In this document: positions 57,678 through 64,000 of the stretch, piece by piece
Numbering within the stretch: the first letter of the stretch is position 1
Layout: each line of letters starts with the position of its first letter
Origin: a virus
Lineage: Duplodnaviria > Caudoviricetes
Virus record (IMG/VR): IMGVR_UViG_3300031418_000007
DNA length: 64,000 nt
Direction: 5' to 3' (one strand)
Program-made: the position numbers and the translations under genes
Notes under the pieces: generated by a model
Seen by the model: the letters and a program-made list of their open reading frames with translations, nothing else
Databases searched by the model: none
What the model was told of the DNA's origin: nothing

Positions 57678-58484
57678 TTAACAAGACATGGGATCAATAA
57701 CTGTATTATTGTCACTGTCGTTATTTTTCATTTCCTTCTTGTCGCCGCGTTCTGCCAGCAGTTCTTCAGGAATTTCGAAGTGCGGCACCACTGATTGAAT
57801 GAACTCGTAATCTTCACGAGTTGCACAACCATCACGCTCTTCATTGCTGCGCGCTTCCAGGAAACGGTTAAAGGTTTCACGATCCATATTCCCGCTCAGG
57901 AATTCATCACGCACCCACACTGTTTCACGTAAAGCTTTTGGATACAGTTTGTGTTTGTGGTAAAACTCCAGTGGGATCAAATCGTGAATTGGGGTCTTGA
58001 GATCTTCAACGAAATACTGCTTCGCTGTTTCAACAATCTGGTTAGAAGAAAGCTGAGGCTCATGACCATCCAGTGTGCTTTGAATACTGGACTGTAATGC
58101 GGCAGCACTTTGACGCATGACCTCACGCTCCAGCGGAGTGAGTTCATAACTCGACAGCGGTTTAACAACGAACAGGCGTTTGCTGCTGTCATTATCATCG
58201 ACAACCAGCACGCACATGGTGTGCTGATTACTGAGTGTGCCCCACTTCGGAAAATCGAAGTAGTTAACTCTCGAAGCGGTGTTGTTAAGTGCAAACTGTA
58301 CCAGCCAGTCACGCACGAACTCGCTTTCAGTTAACTGCTTCAGCGCATTCAGCGGAATGCCGTCTTTGGTCAGGAAGTCAGTGCCGCCGATGTTCTGCAC
58401 ATCCAGCTCGTTTAAGAAGTCGAAGCTGCTGCGGATTTTCATCTGATGTTCGGGTGACATACCCAGGAATTCATTAGCGTCCAT
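57678..58484 (-). CDS. Conserved hypothetical protein
   Basis: 268-aa ORF, TAATG-coupled. Confidence 0.75.
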   Translation of the reverse strand: MDANEFLGMSPEHQMKIRSSFDFLNELDVQNIGGTDFLTKDGIPLNALKQLTESEFVRDWLVQFALNNTASRVNYFDFPKWGTLSNQHTMCVLVVDDNDSSKRLFVVKPLSSYELTPLEREVMRQSAAALQSSIQSTLDGHEPQLSSNQIVETAKQYFVEDLKTPIHDLIPLEFYHKHKLYPKALRETVWVRDEFLSGNMDRETFNRFLEARSNEERDGCATREDYEFIQSVVPHFEIPEELLAERGDKKEMKNNDSDNNTVIDPMSC

Positions 58485-58882
58485 TAGCCTAGCCTATGTT
58501 TATCGAGAAGTTCAAAGTTATCTGGACGGATAGCTACTACCTTCGCCAGACTGTATTTAATTCCTTCCACCGTGACCGTACAGGAAACCAACAGACGATA
58601 CATGGAAGTACTGCCGTCTACTGCTTCAGCATTCACCGTGACATTGACATCAGGGAATAATTCTTTCATGTAGGCGGTTAAGAAAGTTTGGGTGTTCGAG
58701 ATCATGTCGTTTTGTCTTTCCCCAAAATCTTTCCATAACTTATAGAAGCTAGGGACTTTCGAGATAATCCGACTCTGGTTCTCACGTGATACAAACCAAT
58801 AAAAGAAATGCCGGTTCATGGCATTGTCTACAGATTTGGTTTCCCATCCCGTATCACTGGACATTGTTGCAACACAAAACAT
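58484..58882 (-). CDS. gp25-like baseplate/sheath-initiation protein
   Basis: 132 aa; helix-helix-beta pattern LTAYMKELFPDVNVTVN...YRLLVSCTV; AAGGA RBS. Confidence 0.5.
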   Translation of the reverse strand: MFCVATMSSDTGWETKSVDNAMNRHFFYWFVSRENQSRIISKVPSFYKLWKDFGERQNDMISNTQTFLTAYMKELFPDVNVTVNAEAVDGSTSMYRLLVSCTVTVEGIKYSLAKVVAIRPDNFELLDKHRLG

Positions 58883-58950
58883 AGTAATTGTCCTTGAGTT
58901 AATTGTTTACATAAAGTTGCCATAAGAAAACAAAAAAATAAAAGAAGTAA

Positions 58951-58975
58951 GTAAGGGAGCCGAAGCTCCCTTTAC
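58951..58975 (-). terminator. Terminator hairpin
   Basis: GTAAGGGAGC-CGAA-GCTCCCTTTAC followed by a long T-tract on the minus strand. Confidence 0.75.
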
Positions 58976-58978
58976 CAA

Positions 58979-59398
58979 TTAACGCTTGATGACGTAACCA
59001 ACCAGATTACCTTCAGTAACCAGATCTTTCAGACGGGCTGCTGTTGCAACGCCACCCACTGACCAACGACTCAGCACCAGATAGTCATCTTCCACAGACA
59101 GTGGATTCAAACAGGTAGGTGCGCTGTCATGGATAGGACAGATGTGGGTATATTTACCGCGCGTGTAGATCGCATAGTGAGTGTACGGATTAGGTACCTT
59201 GCCACCGCTGAGGTTGTGTTCGTCGATCATTGGAACGTCGTCTGCGATAGCTTGCAGAATTTCCACCTGCTTTTCATTGAGCTCAGCATACGGCTCAAGG
59301 TGAATCTCTAACAGATCACCAAAGCGATCTTCCAGAGTTGCGTGCAGTGGTTTGGTGACAGTCACGTTGATGCTGTTGATTGCGTTGTTCATGTTCAT
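58979..59398 (-). CDS. Hypothetical protein
   Basis: 139-aa ORF. Confidence 0.7.
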   Translation of the reverse strand: MNMNNAINSINVTVTKPLHATLEDRFGDLLEIHLEPYAELNEKQVEILQAIADDVPMIDEHNLSGGKVPNPYTHYAIYTRGKYTHICPIHDSAPTCLNPLSVEDDYLVLSRWSVGGVATAARLKDLVTEGNLVGYVIKR

Positions 59399-59487
59399 TG
59401 TTCGGTAACCCCATTATTTATATTGTTTTTTAAAAGTTTAAGCTGTACCTATATTGATACAGCTTTGATCGTTGTTTGCTTTGTTTA

Positions 59488-59892
59488 TTACAGGTAGCTT
59501 TCAGTAGCGTCTTCGATTACGTACTGCGCCTGAACTTTAGAGCCCAGGTTAGTCAGCGCGTAGCCCAGATCAATACCGATGAACAGACCCATTGCTTTAC
59601 CCAGCGCATGATCTTCAACACCGATAGCTTCGCTCAGCCATTTGGTACCCAGGTAAGCAGTGCCCACGCCAGCGACTGCGCCAGCTACAGAACCGATGCT
59701 TACTTCGCGTTTGCCCAGCATGGTGACAGCAGCAGTACCCGCAGCGGCCAGTGCAGCAACAGATGCAGCATTGATCCACGGCTTTTCTTTCTCAACCATA
59801 GTCTGAATTTCACCGCCCAGTTTAACCTGAGTAGATTCAGCAGATACTTCAACAGTGGTTTCTTTGGTGGTGTTAGTGTTGATGTTTTCCAT
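59488..59892 (-). CDS. Small glycine-zipper membrane protein
   Basis: Three hydrophobic Ala/Gly-rich segments (GSVAGAVAGVG; GKAMGLFIG); AGGA RBS; strong codon bias. Confidence 0.7.
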   Translation of the reverse strand: MENINTNTTKETTVEVSAESTQVKLGGEIQTMVEKEKPWINAASVAALAAAGTAAVTMLGKREVSIGSVAGAVAGVGTAYLGTKWLSEAIGVEDHALGKAMGLFIGIDLGYALTNLGSKVQAQYVIEDATESYL

Positions 59893-59950
59893 GATAAGTT
59901 CCTATTGTTTAAGATGTCAGAAAACATTATTGTTTTCTTATACACCCAAA

Positions 59951-59966
59951 TCATATAGGTTTGAAA
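59951..59966 (-). promoter_or_regulatory. Putative early promoter TTTCAAACCTATATGA
   Basis: Variant of TTTY-N3-CCTAYATTA; TAGATTAC also at 59980-59973. Confidence 0.45.
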
Positions 59967-60010
59967 CAAACTGTAATCTAAATTTAAACAAAAAAATAAA
60001 GGGATAATAA

Positions 60011-60035
60011 AGGTACCCTCGTAATGAGGGTACCT
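60011..60035 (-). terminator. Terminator hairpin
   Basis: 10-bp stem AGGTACCCTC/GAGGGTACCT. Confidence 0.7.
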
Positions 60036-60079
60036 GAACTATTTGTTCGTAGGCGACTTAACGCTTTAAACTAAGCTAA

Positions 60080-60871
60080 CTATTTCGTTGGCTTAGTTGG
60101 GTCGGCGAACAATACATAACCCGTCTTGGTTTCCTTTTCGAAGTTGGTGTGTTCACCTTCGAAAACGCGGAAGCTGCCTAAGGCAGAGATCACGATATAT
60201 TCAATATGTTCTTTCCTTTCTTTATTAAAGAACGTCACGGTGCGTTTCACAATCAACCCCGAGTGTTTCATTTTCTCGATATGTTGATTAGTGGTTTCGC
60301 GAACAACTTCATAGGTGCTTTTACGCACGAGGCTGGCAATGTGGTAGGCGCCCTTTTCCAACATCTCCTTGATGTAACGTGGAGCAAGTAAAGGAACATC
60401 ACCGCTCACGTTAATACTGTTGCGGCTTTGGTAGGTATGGTGGATGCGGTGATTCATCACGTCCAGGTAGTTACCACCAAAGAACACGGATTCACAATGT
60501 CTGTCTTTGGGGAAACGACTGAACTCTTGTGTAAAGCTCACTCCGCCCAGATCCAGTTTAGCCGTGACGTTGTGGTCTTCACCGTGCTTGATTGAAATTT
60601 CCGGAACCAGCAGGTTGTCGGTAATGCCTTTTAGCATAGCAGAGGAGATAACCGCTTTACCCGCAAACCCTTTCTTATTACGATCCAGGGTGGTGCGAAT
60701 AACAGCGCGATTGATTCCGTCAATGCCAATCAGTTGTTTGACGTGTGCCGGGATTACCAGATCAATACCAAACGATTTGTTAACGCGCGGGAAATCGTGA
60801 TGGTAGGTAATGACCGTACTAATTTCTTTGTCCATCTTTCTTTTACTCCAGGTTAATGACCCCCTCATCAT
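60080..60871 (-). CDS. Hypothetical protein
   Basis: 263-aa ORF; likely start MDKEIS at 60835 after GGAG. Confidence 0.7.
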   Translation of the reverse strand: MMRGSLTWSKRKMDKEISTVITYHHDFPRVNKSFGIDLVIPAHVKQLIGIDGINRAVIRTTLDRNKKGFAGKAVISSAMLKGITDNLLVPEISIKHGEDHNVTAKLDLGGVSFTQEFSRFPKDRHCESVFFGGNYLDVMNHRIHHTYQSRNSINVSGDVPLLAPRYIKEMLEKGAYHIASLVRKSTYEVVRETTNQHIEKMKHSGLIVKRTVTFFNKERKEHIEYIVISALGSFRVFEGEHTNFEKETKTGYVLFADPTKPTK

Positions 60872-60888
60872 GAAGGAGTCAAATTGAA

Positions 60889-61251
60889 TTAGTAACCCAA
60901 GGTCAGGGTAAAGTCAGGTTCTTCAACCCGCTCCCACCCATTACCGGTTTGACGTAACAGCTCAACATCACAGGTCAAGGTGTCGTTGTCTGTGTCGATG
61001 TAGCCGGTAACGTCAGCCTTGTAGCCTTTTAGCGGCATGCAGAACGTAAACTTGCGGTGAATAGAGAACTCGCCTTTTAAGCCGCCCTGTCCCGCAGAGA
61101 ACTGTAGCTCGCCGTGCTTACCGTCTTTACTGCCGTCACGCACCATCATGTGAGCGCGCTTCAGTGAGGTGTTCAATGAATGACGTAACATAGCGGCGGT
61201 GGTGGATTGCGAGAATTCGTATTCCGTCAGTTCAGTTGTTTCAGTGGTCAT
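60889..61251 (-). CDS. Hypothetical protein
   Basis: Likely start MTTET at 61251 after AGGAG. Confidence 0.7.
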   Translation of the reverse strand: MTTETTELTEYEFSQSTTAAMLRHSLNTSLKRAHMMVRDGSKDGKHGELQFSAGQGGLKGEFSIHRKFTFCMPLKGYKADVTGYIDTDNDTLTCDVELLRQTGNGWERVEEPDFTLTLGY

Positions 61252-61299
61252 GTTAACTCCTGTAAAAACCACTGCCCCGGTGAGGAGGCAGGGGTTAAG

Positions 61300-61944
61300 T
61301 TACATTTCTTTGGTTTCGGTTTTGTGGTCTTTACGCGCTTCACCCATTGGACTGGTGATATCCAGATAGGTGGTTGCCAAGTGTTCGTTGACCGCATTCC
61401 ACGTTTTGTGGATGTTGACACGTTCACGGAAACTCAGCTTGTTGCCCGTTGAGTCATGGAAGTGAGTACGCAGCCATTGCTGTTCTTCACCTTCACCCTC
61501 TTGACGCAGCACACCATTATTAGCCTGACGGAAGAAGAAGTTGTCACGTCCAATTCCGCTACACAGTGGCGAGAACTTACCACCGTACCCGTCAATGATT
61601 TCATCTTGATAAAGTTTCATCACATTCGGGTTAGCCATGATGTAGTTTTGCATCAGACCTTCAGCGCTCTGTAAACCTTCAATGGTTCCCAGATAGCCGA
61701 TGTCAAACCGACCCACGTATTCGCCTTTGCCTTCACCCAGCAAGCGCGTAGAGTATTCCCACAAACGAGAGTTCACGAAACTGGTGAAGTTCTGTTGCAG
61801 GTTATCCACTTTGCTCTTTAGCCAGTCAGATACACCGGTGGGTTGAATGGCATTGGTTTGGTTAACGAAGTTTTGATATTGCCCAATCGATTGCTCGGTT
61901 TGAGCGCCCGCTACAGCAAATGCAAAAAGGTCAGAACTATTCAT
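61300..61944 (-). CDS. Conserved core protein downstream of nvRNAP beta'-N
   Basis: 214-aa ORF overlapping the RNAP stop by 8 nt. Confidence 0.75.
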   Translation of the reverse strand: MNSSDLFAFAVAGAQTEQSIGQYQNFVNQTNAIQPTGVSDWLKSKVDNLQQNFTSFVNSRLWEYSTRLLGEGKGEYVGRFDIGYLGTIEGLQSAEGLMQNYIMANPNVMKLYQDEIIDGYGGKFSPLCSGIGRDNFFFRQANNGVLRQEGEGEEQQWLRTHFHDSTGNKLSFRERVNIHKTWNAVNEHLATTYLDITSPMGEARKDHKTETKEM

Positions 61945-63574
61945 TATCCAATTCCGGCTTAATCGCGTGCATCATCATGTTCAGGTTCATGAGGTGGGTT
62001 GCTGGCATGCCGGCTAATCCACTAACACGGAACGGAACATTTTTATCCAGGGTTTGGTGGTGGCCGAACGAACCGTAGGCTTTGGCCTTGGATTCATTAT
62101 CCAGACAGAAACGAATTGGCATTTGGTCGCCATCGAAGTCAGCGTTGTACGACGGGCACGCCAGAATCGAGATCTTCAGACTTTCGTCATCCAAGCTGCG
62201 GTTTACGGCTACCCAGAACGCTTTGATACTCAGATATTCGTTTGATGGATTTCGGTGAGACTTACCGAGGATCATGCGCTGTTCTTCCATACGACGCAGG
62301 AAGTCATCAACAACGTCATCCACTTTGTAGGCGGTGATATTGAGATGACGCATGGCTTTAAGCGGCGTGAAACCACGACGATAAAGTTCGTTGGTGATGT
62401 GGACTGCTAATGCAGACACCGCCAACTTCCACGGTACTAGGATCTTGTTAGGATCGATCAACCCTGTGATAGAGGTGATAACACGACGACCTGTTACAGG
62501 TAAGTTACCCGAACAGATATGTTTACGACTAATCGCTTTCTTGTGGAAGATGTTGCGTCGATTCAACTTCTTCATATACATATCTGTGAGCTCAATGATC
62601 TTGGCACCCACGATACCACAGTTGCGACGTTTATCTTGTTCAGTCAGTTCATAGAACTCACTGGATCTTTTACAACCAGCGATGGTGTAATAGATCTGTT
62701 TGGTTTCAGGCTGACCTTCGACACCCCAGGTACCACGCTCGTTGTGCTCCAGGATAGTGGAGAAGCGACTTGGTACTTTCAGATAGCTGAAGAAGGCTTT
62801 GTGCTTAAATCGGTTCCAGAATGTCCAGGCTTCGAGTGCTCGTTCTTTTAACCCCGTGTGTTTTGCTCCTGGTCCCGTTAAGAAATAGGCCATAAGCAAT
62901 TCACAATTGCGATAGAAACCGTTCATGCTGATATCGTCGATACCTAAATCCTTTAGGATGTTCAGTAACAGCATTTCCGTAACCGCGTGCTTCTTCTTGA
63001 TCTCACGGCGATAGGTCGGGTCCATGAAATACCGCGCAATGATAATGCGCTGGGAACCTTGCTTCACCACACAGATGGAAGAGAAGAACGTGTTATAGAA
63101 AGAATGACTTACAAACGCGTCAACGCCTTCAGGTGCTTTTACCCACAGGCCGACTTCGTGTTGCTTGTCATAATGAAGTTCTACCGTATTACCACAGTTA
63201 GGACAGCTAATACCGCTACCGACTAAGTAGTTGCCTTTCAGTGTCCCACACCCCGGACTGCATTGAGCGAGCTGCATAAACGTGTTGCCCTGAAACTCCA
63301 TGCGAGTCAGTTCAGCAAGACGTGTGCGGTCTTCTTCAATGTTGAGGTCATAATCATTGAGATAGATCGGTGTTGATTCCGACGTATCGTGCAGGTAATT
63401 ATAATCCTCGAAGTCAGGGTAATGCGGTGTAATAAATTTCAGATCATCGGGAAGACGATGTTCAACACCTTGGGCATACTCTTTGAACTTGGCAATAGGG
63501 TTCATGTCAACCAGATCCGGCGAGGTTAACTTAGCAATCATTCGTTCAAGTTCAGGAGATGGGGTTGGAAACAT
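61937..63574 (-). CDS. rpoC: Non-virion RNA polymerase beta' N-terminal (catalytic) subunit (phiKZ gp55-56.1-like), uninterrupted
   Basis: Catalytic YNADFDGDQM, HRNPS, N-terminal zinc ribbon CSPGC...CPNCG. Confidence 0.93.
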   Translation of the reverse strand: MFPTPSPELERMIAKLTSPDLVDMNPIAKFKEYAQGVEHRLPDDLKFITPHYPDFEDYNYLHDTSESTPIYLNDYDLNIEEDRTRLAELTRMEFQGNTFMQLAQCSPGCGTLKGNYLVGSGISCPNCGNTVELHYDKQHEVGLWVKAPEGVDAFVSHSFYNTFFSSICVVKQGSQRIIIARYFMDPTYRREIKKKHAVTEMLLLNILKDLGIDDISMNGFYRNCELLMAYFLTGPGAKHTGLKERALEAWTFWNRFKHKAFFSYLKVPSRFSTILEHNERGTWGVEGQPETKQIYYTIAGCKRSSEFYELTEQDKRRNCGIVGAKIIELTDMYMKKLNRRNIFHKKAISRKHICSGNLPVTGRRVITSITGLIDPNKILVPWKLAVSALAVHITNELYRRGFTPLKAMRHLNITAYKVDDVVDDFLRRMEEQRMILGKSHRNPSNEYLSIKAFWVAVNRSLDDESLKISILACPSYNADFDGDQMPIRFCLDNESKAKAYGSFGHHQTLDKNVPFRVSGLAGMPATHLMNLNMMMHAIKPELDNE

Positions 63575-63606
63575 ATTTCACCATAAAAAATAAAGAAAGG
63601 GAAGAA

Positions 63607-63632
63607 TGAGTTGGAGGTTTCCCCCCAACTCA
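63607..63632 (-). terminator. GAAA-loop terminator after chmA
   Basis: TGAGTTGGGGG-GAAA-CCTCCAACTCA followed by a pyrimidine/T-rich tract. Confidence 0.7.
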
Positions 63633-63661
63633 CCTGTCCTTGTGGTCAGCCGATCACGTTA

Positions 63662-64000
63662 TTAGATAACGTTGTAAGCATCCCAGTTACCACCGCCCTG
63701 CTGGTTGGTGTTCACGCCAGCAACGTAGTCAACGGCCAGTGAAGTACCTGGAGCGAAGATTGCGTCGTTGTTCATGAAGTTACCAGAGATAGAGCTGGTG
63801 TTCAGAGTACCGATGGTAGAGAACACGGTACCCAGCAGGTTCATGAAACCTGGATCCATTACTGCCACGCGACCGAAACCGTTGATTTCCAGATCGGTCA
63901 GGTTCATCGCTTCGGTCAGCATGATACGCAGACGCTGCTGACGCGCTTTGATGTTTTCACGGTCGTTCTGCTGGTACATGGTACGCAGGAAGACGTCAGC
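63662..64000 (-). CDS. chmA: Chimallin (phage nuclear shell protein), C-terminal part; starts beyond the window
   Basis: Frame open to the right edge (ADVFLRTMYQQ...); E..K.R..R...EINGFGRVAVMDPGFMNLL plus an extended C-terminal segment; directly upstream of nvRNAP beta'-N as in phiKZ gp54/gp55. Confidence 0.75.
   Translation of the reverse strand, partial: ADVFLRTMYQQNDRENIKARQQRLRIMLTEAMNLTDLEINGFGRVAVMDPGFMNLLGTVFSTIGTLNTSSISGNFMNNDAIFAPGTSLAVDYVAGVNTNQQGGGNWDAYNVI

Noticed and set aside
59441-59465. Plus-strand CCTATATTG as an antisense promoter against the membrane-protein gene
   Set aside because: Lacks the upstream T-tract and sits in the loop of an AGCTGTA/TACAGCT hairpin, more likely a terminator
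1-64000. Alternative genetic code or stop-codon reassignment
   Set aside because: Standard code gives full-length, motif-complete genes with high coding density; TAA, TGA and TAG all end genes

Overview
The window is 64 kb of the conserved core genome of a nucleus-forming jumbo phage (phiKZ/SPN3US-like, Chimalliviridae). It is densely coding in the standard genetic code and mostly on the minus strand. In transcription order (right to left) it holds: the 3' end of chimallin (chmA); the nvRNAP beta' N-terminal subunit (NADFDGD); a few accessory genes; a gp25-like baseplate protein; an SbcD/Mre11 nuclease; probable ChmC, the gp68-like nvRNAP subunit and PicA; nvRNAP beta-C and beta'-C; an SF2 helicase; an accessory block (tandem Tad2/DUF2829-like protein, four small genes, a palindrome-rich 455-bp gap, two degenerate HNH paralogues); a vRNAP beta' fragment; a probable tail/baseplate assembly chaperone; a split family-B DNA polymerase; a large head/baseplate structural block; DnaB; the major capsid protein; and nvRNAP beta-N. 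Stem-loop terminators and two promoter classes recur between operons. No tRNA, rRNA, CRISPR array, intron or transposase was found. The most interesting signals are three candidate programmed -1 frameshifts (chaperone G_UUU_UUU fusing two ORFs, major capsid G_GGA_AAC, head protein A_AAA_AAG), a two-domain Tad2-like sponge, and an M48-like membrane metalloprotease among the virion genes. Orthologue names rest on motifs and synteny recalled from known phages; no database search was run.
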